Source: the human T2T-CHM13v2.0 reference genome, Homo sapiens
Direction of reading: 5' to 3'
DNA length: 64,000 nucleotides
Assembly: GCA_009914755.4 (NCBI GenBank)
Contig: CP086569.2
Location: 6,144,001-6,208,000, forward strand
This document shows positions 12,880 to 26,930 of this stretch, one piece after another (position 1 is the stretch's first letter; each line of letters begins with the position of its first letter). The translations under genes and the position numbers were made by a program. The notes beneath the pieces are model-generated. The model did no database searches, was not told the origin of the DNA, and worked only from the letters and a program-made list of their open reading frames with translations.

Positions 12880-13260
12880 CGTCAGAGAAAGACCAACAGA
12901 CAGGAAAGAAACAGAGAGACAGAGGAAGAGACAGAAAGTCAGGAGAGAGAGAGAGAGAGAGAGAGAGGAAGGGACACACAAAGAGGGATTCAGAGAGAAA
13001 GAAAGAGAAAGAGAGAGACAAAGTCAAAGACAGAAGGAAAGAGAGGAAGAGACAGACAAAGAAAGAGTCAAAGAGAGAGAAAGAGACAGACAGTTAGAAA
13101 GAGACAAAGAGAGGAAGAGATAGGCAAAGAGGGAGTCAGAGAGAAAGAAAAAGAGACAAAGTCAAATACAGAAGGGAAGAGAGAGACAAAGTCAAATACA
13201 TAAGGGAAGAGAGAGAGGAAGAGACAAACAAAGAAGGAGCCAAAGAGAGGGAAAGAGATA
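12880..13260. repeat. GA-rich imperfect microsatellite ((AGAGAGAC/AAAGAGAG)n) inside the provirus
   Basis: Purine-rich low complexity. It produces RERERER/KEKE-type and SLSLSL pseudo-ORFs at 12751-13203. Confidence 0.9.
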
Positions 13261-13699
13261 GAAGTGGTAAAGAAAAAACAGTGTACCCTATTCCTTTAAA
13301 AGCCAGGGTAAATTTAAAACCTATAATTGATAATTGAAGGTCTTCTCAATGACCCGGTAACACACCAATACCACCTTGTTGTCAGTGTAAACAAGGGCAT
13401 AGCCTGAAATCACTAAGGCTACTGACAACCCCTAGCCCTCCTATTAAAAATGTTAAACACGGCAGGTTTCCTAACAGGGGATCTAAGTCTTAACTAATTA
13501 CCATACAAAAGTCCAACCAGACCTATGAGGAGCTCCCTTCAGGACAGGATGATAGATAGTTCTTTCCAGGCAATTAAGGGGAAAAGACAGAATGGGTATT
13601 CAGTAAGTGATAAGGGAACACTTGTAGAAGCAATTAGGAAAATTACCTAATAATTTGTCTGCTCAAACATGACAGCTGTTTTCACTCAGTCAAACCTTA

Positions 13700-14300
13700 A
13701 TGTACTTACAGAATCAGGAAGGAGCCATCTATACAATTTCTAAGTTAATAGGGACTGAATGAGGTCTTATTAATAGCAAAGAATAATTGAAATCCCAAAA
13801 TTAGAAGGTTTTCAACGAAAGTAAAATTTGCTAAAAGTTAGCAGTGTAACATGTTTTATCCTACTACCTCACACTCTCAAAGGATTTCTCAGACAGTTTG
13901 TGAAAAATAACAAAATCTATCCTTTCTCTGCAATCCAAAATAGACTCTTTGGCAGCAGTGACTCTCCAAAACTGCCAAGGCCTAGACTTCCTCACTGCTG
14001 AGAAAGGAAAGCTCTACAACCAGTCAGGGATAGTATAAGATGCCGCCCGGCATTTAAAGGAAAAGGCTTCTGAAATCAGACAATTCCTTTCAAACTCTTA
14101 TACCAAATTCTGGTGTTGGGCATTATGACTTCTTCCCTTTCCAGGTCCCAGGACAGCCATCTTGCTATTACTCGCCTTCAGGCCCTGTATTTTTAACCAC
14201 CTTGTCATATTTATTTCCTATAGGATCGAGGTTACAGGTGGTCTTACAAATGGAACCCCAAATGAGCTCAACTAACAACTTCTACCAAAGACCTTGGATC
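13700..14300 (+). pseudogene. env: env transmembrane-subunit fragment with immunosuppressive-domain-like motif
   Basis: 13961-14018 translates TLQNCQGLDFLTAEKGKLY. This matches the gamma-retroviral TM ISD consensus LQNRRGLDLLTAEKGGLC. It is followed by stops. Confidence 0.6.
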
Positions 14301-14436
14301 ATCCCTCTGGCCCTTTGGCTGGCCTAGAGAGTTCCCCTGTAGAGGACACTAACACTGGAGGGCCCCTTCTTCACCTCTACCCAGCAGGAAGTAGCTAGAG
14401 TGGTCATTGCCCAATTCCCAACAGCAGTTGGGGCAT

Positions 14437-15312
<876 letters not shown>

Positions 15313-15395
15313 TCAACTTGAAGGTCCAAGGTTTCACTCTTGAAGTCAGAAAGACCAAGAATGCACCAGAAGGAAGCAACTCTGGAAACAATATG

Positions 15396-15706
15396 CCCAA
15401 CTCAGTGTTTCAAGGCTATAATCACAACACGTTCAGAGGCCAAGGAAGGAGGACACTTAAACCTCAGAGTCTGAGACCAACCTGAACAATATATCCAAAG
15501 CATTGTCCTTACCACACACACACAAACACAAAAGTGGGGCACAGTGGTGTGTGTCTATAATTCTATCTACTTGGGAGGCTGAAATGGAAGTCTCACTTAT
15601 TTGAACCCAGGAGTTCAAGGCTGCAGTGAGGTACGATGGTGCCAATGCAGTCCAGGCTGGACAACAGAGTGAGACCCTGTGTCTAAAAAAAAAAAAAAAA
15701 AAAAAA
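15396..15706 (+). mobile_element. Old Alu (AluJ/FLAM-like) with (CA)n-containing linker
   Basis: Diverged left monomer, linker ccttaccacacacacacaaacacaaaag, right monomer ...gcagtgaggtacgatggtgccaatgcagtccaggctggacaacagagtgagaccctgtgtctaaaaaaaa. Confidence 0.7.
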
Positions 15707-15761
15707 GTGCTTGAAATGAAGGATAAGCTATGTATTATTTATATATTTGTTGATTTTGATT

Positions 15762-16041
15762 TGGAGTCTTGCTCTGTCACTCAGGCTACAGTGCAAGGTG
15801 CAATATCAGCTCACTTCAGCCTTAGGCCCACAGGGTCAAAAAATTGTCCTGCCTGAGCCTCCCAATTAACTATAACATACTACAAGCATGGGCCGTCAAG
15901 CCCAGATAATTTTTTTTATTTCAGGTAGAAATAGGGTTTCATAGTGTTGGCCAGGTTTGTCTCAAACCCCTGACCTAAAGTGATCTGCAAGTCTCAGCCT
16001 CCCAAAGTGCTGGAATTAAAAGACTGAGCCATCACACCTGG
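15762..16041 (-). mobile_element. Alu SINE
   Basis: ttggagtcttgctctgtcactcaggctacagtgcaaggtgcaatatcagctcacttcagcc...cctcccaaagtgctggaattaaaagactgagccatcacacctgg (reverse-complement Alu). Confidence 0.85.
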
Positions 16042-16322
16042 ACAGTAACATACACAAGACTAGGGAGTTTTATCTTTTCACTTCGTCCTCACAATACTAC
16101 ATTATAGGTGAATGAAAACACAACTTCATAACATGAAGAACTCACTTGAAATTCAAAGTTGGTAACTTCTGTCTTTAAAATTATTTCCACACTTACCCTC
16201 TAAAAATTGATGATCTTGTCAAAATTTTACGAAGAAAATGCTTCCTCCTTGCAGATTAGTATGTTAATTGTAAGAATTATGGACTGTAAAACTTCTGGAA
16301 CTTCATGTATTTCATTTCTTTA

Positions 16323-16568
<246 letters not shown>

Positions 16569-16601
16569 TCAAAGATAGATGATATTAAAGGCTGAAGAAA
16601 A

Positions 16602-16702
16602 GGCTGAGCACAGTGGCTCACTCCTGTACTCCCGGCACTTTGGGAGGATGAGGTGGGTGGATCACCAGAGGTCAGTAGTTCAAGACCAGCCTGGCCAACA
16701 CC
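16602..16702 (+). mobile_element. Alu left-arm fragment
   Basis: ggctgagcacagtggctcactcctgtactcccggcactttgggaggatgaggtgggtggatcaccagaggtcagtagttcaagaccagcctggccaaca. Confidence 0.75.
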
Positions 16703-16869
16703 TTGAGATCAAAGAGGGGAAGGGGGTGGGTTAAATTGTGGTTGCTTAGAAGGAATACAATCTAGTGTTCAGTAGCCCAGGATGATTACACTTAATAATG
16801 ATTTATTGTATATCTGAGAAGAATTAAAACAGCGAAGGTGGAATGTCACTCATACTAATAAGTGATATG

Positions 16870-17047
16870 CCAGACTCAGTGGCTCACAGCTATAATCACA
16901 ACACATTGTGAGGCCAAGGAAGGAGGATCACTTAAGACTGGAAGACCAGTCTGAACAATATATGGAAGCATTGTCCCTACCACACACACACACAAACACA
17001 AGAGCTGAGCATGGTGGTGTGTGTCTGTAATTCCAGCTAAGTGGGAT
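16870..17047 (+). mobile_element. Truncated old Alu, paralogous copy of the left half of the element at 15396-15560 (same (CA)n linker)
   Basis: ccagactcagtggctcacagctataatcacaacacattgtgaggccaaggaaggaggatcacttaagac...attgtccctaccacacacacacacaaacacaagagctgagcatggtggtgtgtgtctgtaattccagctaagtggg aligns with 15400-15575. Confidence 0.65.
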
Positions 17048-18465
17048 TTTTCTTTTACCTATCCTTAATTCCATAACCACCATCTCTTGACAACATATGG
17101 TCATTTCTCCATGAAGTGATTGGCTTCTCGAGTGGAGGACCTCCATAATTCTCTCTTCCATTAAATTTAATGCTAAAATGAAGGAACATAATGTAAGAAC
17201 ACCAAATCTGAAACATTATTTTCTCTTCTCTCAAACAACTTTTTAAAATTATTTCTTCTATGTCTCCACTCTTTTTTCCCTAAATTACTAGAAAATCATG
17301 ACACTGTGAATGTTTCTTATGGCTTTGGATAATCCCATGGCTCCTGCAAGGCTAGTTCTAACAAAGCTGATGGCAGACATAAATTCTTTGGTAAAGGTTC
17401 ATTTGTAATAGTTAATTACAACTTAGTTATGATTTTCCTTTTTATATGAATTACTGATGACTACTAATGACACATGGAAAAATGTAAAACCATCAAACTC
17501 TTCACTGATTTTCAAATTTACATACATTGTCCTTTCTCAGCTGAAGAAGGTAAATTTTCCCATGCTGTTCAGTCCATCTCACACACACAAATACTGCTAC
17601 CTTTGAATGACTGCATGCTAAACTTTTACATAAAATTTCTCCTTTATCTCTAAGTGGTTGGCTTTATCATAAATGTTGACAAATTAAAGTATACTAGTGA
17701 ATATTTTCTAACGATGACCAAGATTTACTTATACTGCAATAAGCAATACTGTTAAAGGGATCATGACAACATTGTTGTTATTTCAAAATAGAAAAGACTC
17801 TCCTTTAATATACTCTTCACGTGCTATTACTTAGAGGTCCACCTTTCACTTATGATATGTTCACCAGCTAATTTTCCTATGGAAATGTGTTGGCTTGTGT
17901 ATCCTGAATTCAATAAATACCTAACTTCACTGATACTCTACACATGAAATGTTAAATTTAAAATGGCAGTTTTCAATTTCCTCCATATTAGGATGGAGGA
18001 ATAAGTAACAATTTTATTTTGTTCTGCTAAAAGTCATCGCTAAGAACTTTGATTTATTGTCTTGCTTTCTTCTGTTCAGTCTGCAATCTTACAATTCTCC
18101 TTCTCAAAAATATTATTTCTATTCAATCCTACTGCTCAACTCATGTTGCTTAGTTCTAAATTCTCTCCTCAAATAATTTTAAATCTTACACTAAGGTCTT
18201 GTGTTAATGTTTAAACATCCAGGTACAATCTTAATTATTGATTTACATTCCATTGTATTTCACAACTCTGCACTTCTGTGATATCCACTTAATTTAAGAA
18301 TATTAGACTCCTTCATGTTTACCTTTGAAGCCTTAAATTTATTTTTAAATAATATTTAAGCCCAGTGCCTCTTTTTCTGCCAAATGCTCTTGTAGTTTTT
18401 TTGAACCTTTATATAAGCATTAAAAATGCCTTGTGCATAAGAAATATTGAGGTCTCGGAACCGAG

Positions 18466-18745
18466 ATGCCAGGCTCACTGGCCCACACTGTGGGCCAGTG
18501 TAGAAGTCTGAGGCACCTGGATTGCTTGAGCCTAAGACTTTAATGTCAGTTTTGATAATGTGGTGAGATCCTCTCTCTACAAAAATATAGGGAAAAAATT
18601 TAGCTAGATGTGGTGGTGCATGCCTGTAGTTGCAGCAACTGAGAAAGCTGAAACAGGACAATTGCTTGAGCCCAGGAATTTGAGGGTGTAGTAAGCCATC
18701 ATCTCACCTATGCACTCTGACCTGGGAAGAGTAAGCCTCCATCCT
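18466..18745 (+). mobile_element. Old Alu (AluJ-like), diverged
   Basis: ...ggtgagatcctctctctacaaaaatatagggaaaaaatttagctagatgtggtggtgcatgcctgtagttgcagcaactgagaaagctgaaacaggacaattgcttgagcccaggaatttgagggtgtagtaagccatcatc... Confidence 0.65.
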
Positions 18746-19570
18746 AACGGACTAAGTTTTAATTGTTTATAAAGATTTTCTACATATTATAATCTTGCAA
18801 ATTCACATTTGTCTAAAGTAATAAAATTAACATTTCTACATGAAAGAAGTACAATTCAAGCAATAAAAGTCTGTTTAGAAAATCTAGTAAGAAACTCGAG
18901 TCATAATATGTTGGTGAGAGATAGAGATGTGGGAAGAATGGAGAGTGAACTGGGAGCAGAAATCTATCAGTAAAATATCTAAGTATAATATACATAAAAT
19001 ATTAAAAGAAAAATGATAAATGACTGTTTTTATCATTCTGTTATGAGGAAAAATTTCCAAAGCAAATCATAAAGATAAACTAAATTCCATGCAAAGAAAT
19101 TAAAATATTTACAAAATCAAAAGGTGACACATCAGGAAAATACATCATCCCTAAAATTTGTTAACATAACATTGAATTCTTACAATTCCCTTATGAAATG
19201 CTAATTTTCAGATTAGACTATGCTAAATATTAATAATCTTTAAGAATTGCATATTAAATAATATAAAAATATTTTCATATATCTACAAAAATGTAGATAT
19301 ATGCCAATTGCCAGGCGCTGTTACAAGTTAGAAGACGCACATTCTTATACAACGCAGAGTGTAATTGAACCCCACCCTCCAGATCAATGGAGATGAAATA
19401 ATCACGAAGCTGTGTATCTTAAAATGGAGGAAACACTGTAATTTCAACTTTAAAAAACATCTCCAATTAATAAAAAATCTGGTTATTAAAACTCGAAATT
19501 AAATAGTATATTTTTGAAGGTTGGTTAATAGATAATACAAGTTAACCAATGGGTTAATTTATTTGTTTAT

Positions 19571-19857
19571 TTATTGAGATGGACTATTGCCCTATCCCCC
19601 AGGCTAGAGTACAATGGCATTATCTTGGCTCACTGCAGCTTCCAACTCCGTATTTCCAGTGATTCTCCTGCCTCAGCCTCCTGAGTACCTGGGAGTAGAG
19701 CTGTAAGGCACCATGCCAGGCTAATTTTTTGTATCTTTAGGAGAGACAGGTTTTCATCATGTTGGCCAGGCTTGTGTGGAACTCTTGACCTCTTGGTCCA
19801 TCTGTCCCATATTTCCCAAGTGCTGAGATGACAGGCATGAGCCACCTCACCCAGCCC
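19571..19857 (-). mobile_element. Alu SINE
   Basis: ttattgagatggactattgccctatcccccaggctagagtacaatggcattatcttggctcactgcagcttcc...cccaagtgctgagatgacaggcatgagccacctcacccagccc. Confidence 0.85.
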
Positions 19858-19860
19858 ATG

Positions 19861-19950
19861 ATATAGATAGATAGATAGATGATAGATAGCTAGATAGATA
19901 GATAGAGATAGAGATATATAGATATATCTATGTATCTATATATATTTTAT
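19861..19950. repeat. (GATA)n tetranucleotide microsatellite (imperfect)
   Basis: atagatagatagatagatgatagatagctagatagatagatagagatagagat... Confidence 0.9.
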
Positions 19951-20989
19951 ATATATGTAAAATACATGATTTGATTTTCTTTTTTATGTAAAAATTGACC
20001 CCTTATTTCTATAGCATAAATCACTCATAAATATCATTTTCAGTGACTCAGCCTCCAGTAAAGAAAGATACTTACATACCAGTGAAGCAGTAGTTCTTAG
20101 ACACTTCCAGGGTCACAAACTCTTTTCAGAAATTAAAGCTCTACATTTCTTAAACTGAAAATGCTTTAAGGCAGTCTGATGTACAAACTCTCTGTATCAA
20201 AATTACTAAGCAATTGACTTGCACAGATGTTTGCACATGAATACACAAAAAAACAAATATTGCAAAATCAATCTTAAGTACTGAGATACTTTTTCCTATT
20301 TGAAAGTTTTAAATATTCCATTGTATTTTGATGATAAAACCGATATGAAGTTCTGGGCCCCAGAGTAGAAAACGCTAAAGTATAATGAATATAAATGACT
20401 TCTTCAGAAAACCGGTTTACAGGCAATCAGCATTCATAAAATCAATTCTGTTTGAAATTTGCCTTATTTCAATGCAAAGTTATTACACTTTTAAAATGAA
20501 TTTTAGATATTAATTCAATCATTCTTATAATAAACCTTTGCTAGTTAGAAATAAATGAATAATAAATGTTCTGTTCATAAAGATAATAAATAAAATTGAG
20601 AAATTTTGATATCTTCAAACTTATTTTCTTTCAGTCTTATGGTTCCACCTTCATATTTTAAAACATTACCCAAGTGCCCTTCATGTGAAGGCAGCCACCC
20701 TCCTGTTCCTCCACTACTTCCTCTTGCAGATCTTAGACTTCCTGAAGGGCTTCTGTTTCTTGAAGAAGGTGGTGGTATCTGCTAACCACCACTTTGAAAA
20801 TGGTTTCTTGGCTTATTCTACTTTTATTGCTTTTCCATCCAAACATTAAAAGTAGTAAGGGTACTATCAATAACATTGGCACATTTAACCTAAGCACATT
20901 TTACAAACATTTTTACGTCAACTACAGTTCATAGTTAATTAGGTGATAGGGAGATATTGGAAGAAGTATTTTTGAAGTCACATGTCTTT

Positions 20990-22865
20990 ATTTTTTTTTA
21001 ATTATACTTTAAGTTTTAGGGTACAAGTACACAGCGTGAAACTTTGTTACATATGTATACATGTGCCATATTGGTGTGCTGCACCCATTAACTCTTCATT
21101 TAGCATTAGGTATATCTCCTAATGCCATCCCTCCCCCCTCTCCCCTCCCCCCACTCCACAACAAGCCCCGGTGTGTGATGTTCCCCACCCTCTGTCCAAG
21201 TGTTCTCATTGTTCAATTCCCACCTATGAGTGAGAAAATGCGGTGTTTGGTTTTTTGTCCTTGTGATAGTTTGCTGAGAATGATGGTTTCCAGCTTCATC
21301 CATGTCTCTACAAAGGACATGAACTCATCATTTTTTAAGGCTGCATAGTATTCCGTGGTGTAAATGTGCCACATTTTCTTAATCCAGTCTATCATTGTTG
21401 GATATTTGGTTTGGTTCCAAGTCTTTGCTATTGTGAATAATGCCGCAGTAAACAAATGTGTGCATGTGTCTTTATAGCAGCATGATTTACAATCCTTTGG
21501 GTATATACACAGTAATGGGATGGCTGGGTCAAATGGTATTTCTAGTTCTAGATCCCTGAGGAATCGCCACACTGTCTTCCACAATGGTTAAACTAGTTTA
21601 CAGTCCCACCAACAGTGTAAAAGTGTTCCTATTTCTCCACATACTCTCCAGCACCTGTTGTTTCCTGACTTTTTAATAATCACCATTCTAACTGGTGTGA
21701 GATGGTATCTCATTGTGGTTTTGATTCGCATTTCTCTGATGGCCAGTGATGATGAGCATTTTTTCTTGTGTCTGTTGGCTGCATAAATGTCTTCTTTTGA
21801 GAAGTATCTGTTCATATCCTTCACCCACTTTTTGATGGTTTTGTTTGTTTTTTTCTTGTAAATTCGTTTGAGTTCATTGTAGATTATCGATATTAGTCCT
21901 TTGTCAGATGAGTAGATTGCAAAAATTTTCTCCCATTCTGTAGGTTGCCTGTTCACTCTAATGGTAGTTTATTTTGCTGTGCAGAAGCTCTTTAGTTTAA
22001 TTAGATCCCATTTGTCAATTTTGGCTTTTGTTGCCATTGCTTTTGGTGTTTTAGACATGAAGTCCTTGCCCACTCCTATGTCCTGAATAGTATTGCCTAG
22101 GTTTTCTTCTACAGTTTTTATGGTTTTAGGTCTAACATTTAAGTCTTTAATCCCTCTTGAATTAATTTTTGTAGAAGGTGTAAAGAAGGGATCTAGTTTC
22201 AGCTTTCTACATATGGCTAGCCAGTTTTCCCAGCACCATTTATTAAATAGGGAATCCTTTCCCCTTTGCTTGTTGTTGTCAGGTTTTTCAAAGATCAGAT
22301 AGTTGTAGATATGCAGCATTGTTTCTGATGGCTCTGTTCTGTTCCATTGGTCTATATCTCTTTTTTGGTACCAGTAACATGCTATTTTGGTTACTGTAGC
22401 CTTGTAGTATAGTTTGAAGTCAGGTAGTATGATGCCTCCTGCTTTGTTCTTTTGGCTTAGCATACAAAATCAATGTGCAAAAATCAAAGCACTCTTATAC
22501 AACAATAACAGACAGAGAGCCAAATCATGAGTGAACTCCCATTCACAATTGCTTCAAAGAGAATAAAATACCTAGGAATCCAACTTACAAGGGACTTGAA
22601 GGAACTCCTCAAGGAGAACTACAAACCACTGCTCAATGAAATTAAAGAGGATACAAACAAATGGAAGGACATTCCATGCTCATGGATAGGAATAATCAAT
22701 ATCATGAAAATGGCCATACTGCCCAAGGTAATTTATAGATTCAATGGCATCCCCATCAAGCTACCAATGACTTTCTTCACAGAACTGGAAAAAACTACTT
22801 TAAAGTTCATATGGAACCAAAAAAGCCTGCATTGCCAAGTCAATCCTAAGCCAGAAGTCAAGTGT
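20990..22865 (-). mobile_element. L1 (L1PA-type) 3' portion with 5' inversion (about 22470-22865 is + oriented)
   Basis: At 20990-21150 is the reverse complement of the L1 3' UTR end (ttttaattatactttaagttttagggtacaagtacacagcgtgaaactttgttacatatgtatacatgtgccatattggtgtgctgcacccattaac). Minus-strand ORF2 C-terminal ORFs lie at 21213-22463. The + strand ORF at 22527-22871 ([25 protein letters not shown]…) is ORF2 in the opposite orientation. The junction falls at adjacent L1 positions (…cctaagcca…). Confidence 0.85.
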
Positions 22866-23061
22866 CTTTAAAAATGCTTTAACTGAGCAAAGACTAAACC
22901 TTTGGGGAAGTAATCTAGGAACATATTTGGAGGAATAGAATTCCAGGCAGAGAACATAATCATTGAAATAATTCTGACACTAGAATTAAGCAAACAGTCA
23001 TACTGTCATCATGTAGCAAGATGAACAAAGGAAAACGCTTAAGTGAGATCAAAGACAAATC

Positions 23062-23650
23062 CTTTTGGTTTTATTCCAAGTATAATTCTGGCTACCAGGA
23101 GAACAAACTAAGCTACAAGTGAGTATCAGAATCAAGCAGAGAGACCAAACAAATGATGATGCTTCAACAAACGTAATGGCAGAGGAGGTGATACAAGCAG
23201 TCATTTTATGTGACTGTATAAGTTGTGCTTTGCCGAATGTTACTTGGCTGATGGTGTAAATAATATTCAGATAGCGATGCTGAGTATGTAGGTGATTTTT
23301 TATTGTTACAACTTTCCTCTGAATTCCTTCTAGTATTTGACTTCACTCTTTTAACCAGAGTTAAAATTATTTATGCCTAAGTATTATATGGTAATCATTA
23401 GGTATGTACCATGTAAAAGTTCTTACTGTCCATCAAGTAATATAAAATTTACATATGATAGAAAAGTATAATTTATACTTTTAAGTTAATATCTTATAAT
23501 TTAATGTATGTATAAAACCTATGTTATATAACTAATTTATAAATATGTGTTCCTAAACATGTTCAATATACGTATCTGTATATTTTATAATATATATGTA
23601 TTGCATATAGATTAAATTTATACATTATATATATTTTAATTCATGTATAG
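23062..23650. repeat. About 590-bp non-L1 segment duplicated at 26443-26930 (copy 1)
   Basis: taattctggcta[cc/tt][a/g]ggagaacaaact..aagct[a/g]caagtg[a/g]gtatcagaatcaagcagagagaccaaacaaatgatgatg…gagtatgtaggtgattttttattgtt… is shared by both copies at about 85-90% identity. Confidence 0.8.
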
Positions 23651-23667
23651 TATATGTCTATATGTAT

Positions 23668-26440
23668 TTTTTATATACTTTAAGTTCTGGGGTACATGTA
23701 CAGAAAGTGCAGTTTTGTTACATGGGTATTCATCCACCATGGTGGTTTGCTGAGCCCATCAAATCATCATATACATTATATATTTCTCCTAAAGCTATCC
23801 CTCCACTAGTCCCCTACCCCCAACAGGCACTGGTGTGTGATGTCCCCTCCCTATGTCCATATGTTCTCATTGTACAACTACAAATTATGAGTGAGAACAT
23901 GCAGTGTTTGGCTTTCTGTTCTTGTGTTATTTTGCTGAGGGTGATGCTTTCCAGCTTCACCTATGTCCCTGCAAATGACATAAACTCAGCCTATTTTATG
24001 GCTGCTTAGTATTCCATTGTGTATATGTGCCACATTTTCTTTATCCAGTCTATCACTGATGGACATCTGGGTTGGTTCCAAGTCTTTGCTATTGTGAACA
24101 ATGCTTCAATAAACAGAAGGGTGCATGTGTCTTTATAGTAGAATTATTTATAATCCTTTGGGTATATAACCCAAAATGACATTGCTGGGTCAAATGCTAT
24201 TTCTGGTTTTAGATCCTTAAGGAATCATCAGACTGTATTCCACAATGGTTGAAGTAATTTACACTCCCACCAACAGTGTAAAAGCATTCCTATTTATCCA
24301 CATCCTCTCCAGCATCTGTTGTTTCCTGACTTTTTAATGATCACCTTTCTAATTGGCATGAGATGGTATCTCATTGTGGTTTCGATTTGCATTTCTCTAA
24401 TGACCAGTGATGATGAGTTTTTTTCATATATTTGTTGGCTGCATACCTGTCTTCTTTTGAGAAGCATCTGTTCATATCCTTCACTCAGTTTTTCATGGGT
24501 TGGTTTAGTTTTTTTCTCATAAATTTGTTTAAGTTCTTTGTAGATTGTGGATATTGGTCTGTTGTCAGATGGATAGATTGTCCATTGTTAGATGGTAGGT
24601 TTATGGGGATAGCATTGAATCTATAAATTGCTTTGCACAGTAGGGCCATTTTCAAAATATTGATTCTTCCTATAATGAGCATGGAATGTTTTTCCATGTA
24701 TTTGTGTCCTCTCTTATTTCCTTGAGCTGTGGTTTGTAGTTTTTGAAAAGGTCCTTCACATCCTTTGTATATTTTATACCTAGGTATTTTATTCTCTTAG
24801 TAGCAACTGTGTATGTGAGATCACTCATGATTTGACTCTCTGCTTGTCTGATATTGGTGTACAGGAAAGCTTGTGATTTGTGTGAGCTGAGATAGTGGGG
24901 TTTTCTAAATATACAATCTTGAGATCTGCAAACAAAGACAATTTGACTTCCGCTTATTCCATTTGAATACACTTCATTCTTTCTCTTGCCTGATGGCCCT
25001 TGTCAAAACTTCCAAAACTGTGGTGAATAGGAGTGGTGAGAAAGGGGGTATCCTTGTCTTGTGCAGGTTTTTAAAATGAAAGTTTCCAGGTGCTTCCAGG
25101 CTGTGGTTTTGTCATAAGTACCTGTGATTATTTTGAAATATGTTCCATCAATACCTAGTTTATTTAGAGTTTTTGTCATGAAGTTGTGTTGAATGTTGTC
25201 GAAGGGCTTTTCAGGATTTATTAAGATAATCATGTGGTTTTTGCCATTGATTCTGTTTATGTGATGGATTATGTTTATTAATTTGTGTATGTTGATTCTG
25301 CCTTACATCCCAAGTACGAACCTGACTTCTTCATGGTGGATACACTTGTTGATGTGCTTCTGGATTTGGTTTGCCAGTGTTTCATTGAGGATTTTTGCGT
25401 CAATGTTCATCAGAGATATTGGCCTGAAATTTTCTTATTTTGCTGTGTTTCTGCCAGATGTTGATATCGGGATGATTCTGGCCTCATAAAGTGACTTACG
25501 GTGGATTGCCTCTTTTTCTATTGTTTGGAATAGCTTCAGAAGGAATGGTACCAGCTCCTCTTTGTGCCTCTGGTAGAATTCTTCTGTGAACCGTCTACTC
25601 CTGGATTTTGTTGTTGTTGTTGTTCATAGGCTGCTAATTACTGCCTCAATTTCAGAACTTGTTATTGGTCTATTCAGAGATTCAATTTCTTCCTGGTTTA
25701 GGCTTTGGAGGCTGTGTGCATCCAGGAATTTATCCATTTTTTCAGATTTACTAGTTTATTTGCATGGAGATGTTTATAGCATTCCCTGATGGTAGTTTGT
25801 TTTTCTATGGGATCAGTGGTGATATCCCCATTATCATTTTTTATTGAGTCCATTTGATTCTTCTTTATTTTTTTCTTCATTAGTCTGGATAGTGGCCTAT
25901 CTATTTTGTTGATCTTTTCAAAAAGCAGCTCCTGGCTTCATTGATTTTTTTGAAGGGTTTTCATATCTCTGTCTCCTTCAGTTCTGCTCTGATCTTAGTT
26001 ATTTTTGTCTTCTCCTAGCTTTTGAATTTGTTTGCTTTTGCTTTTCTTGTTCTCCATTCTTTTAATGTTGATGTTAGTGTGCCAATTTTAGATGTTTCCT
26101 ACTTTCTTTTGTGGACATTAAGTGCTACATATTTCCCTCAAAACACTGCTTTAAATGTTTCCCAGAGATTCTGGTATGCTGTGTCTTTGTTCTCATTGGT
26201 TACAAAGAACATCTTTATTTCTGCCTTCATTTCATTATGTACCCAGTAGTCATTCAGGAGCAGGTTGTTCAGTTTCCACATAGTTGTGCACTTTTGAGTG
26301 AATTTTTAAATACTGAGTTCTAGTTTGATTGCACTGTGACCTGGGAGACTGTTTGTTATGATTTCTGTTATTTTGCATTTGCCGAGGAGTGTTTTACTTC
26401 CAATTATGTAGTCAATTTTAGAATAAGTGCTTTTACTCTG
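23668..26440 (-). mobile_element. L1 (older L1PA/L1PB-type) about 2.8-kb 3' portion
   Basis: Reverse-complement L1 3' end at 23668 (ttttttatatactttaagttctggggtacatgtacagaaagtgcagttttgttacatgggtattcat…). Fragmented minus-strand ORF2 ORFs lie at 24485-25233 and 25698-25880. ORF2-like sequence continues to about 26440. Confidence 0.8.
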
Positions 26441-26442
26441 AG

Positions 26443-26930
26443 TGTAATTCTGGCTATTGGGAGAACAAACTGTAAGCTGCAAGTGGGTATCAGAATCAAG
26501 CAGAGAGACCAAACAAATGATGATGGCTTCAACAAATGTAATGAGTATGTAGGTGATTTTTTATTGTTTGGAACCTTCCTCTAATTTCTTTCTAGTATTT
26601 GATTTTACTGTTTTAACCAGAGTTAGAATTATTTAAGCCTAAGTGTTATATGGAACTCTTGAAGTATGTACCATGTAATATTTATTACTGCCCATCAAGT
26701 AATATAAAATTTACATGTGATAGAAAAGTATAACTTATAATTTATTATATTTTAATTTAATATTTGTATAAGCCATATAAGCTATATAACCAATTTATAG
26801 ATATAAGTATTCATAAACATATACAAGATATGTATCTGTGTATTTTATAATTTGTATATGTATTGCATACATAAGTAATTTATGCATTATACATTGTAAT
26901 CCATGTATATTACATGTCTATAAGTATTTC
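26443..26930. repeat. Second copy of the about 590-bp duplicated segment (see 23062-23650)
   Basis: Aligns with 23062-23650. It is AT-rich with a tatgtatctgt[a/g]tattttataat.tatatgtattgcata tail. Confidence 0.8.

Noticed and set aside
12751-13203. ORFs with RERERE/KEKE or SLSLSL low-complexity proteins
   Set aside because: These are a translation of a GA-rich microsatellite inside the ERV.
21213-26584. Numerous 60-170 aa ORFs on both strands (and likewise at 30944-31462, 40403-40896, 48245-51028)
   Set aside because: All are fragments of L1 ORF2 (recognisable RT and C-terminal motifs) in sense orientation of inverted or truncated L1 copies. They are not host genes. The 379-aa ORF at 48837-49976 is an internal ORF2 fragment lacking the endonuclease domain and C-terminus.
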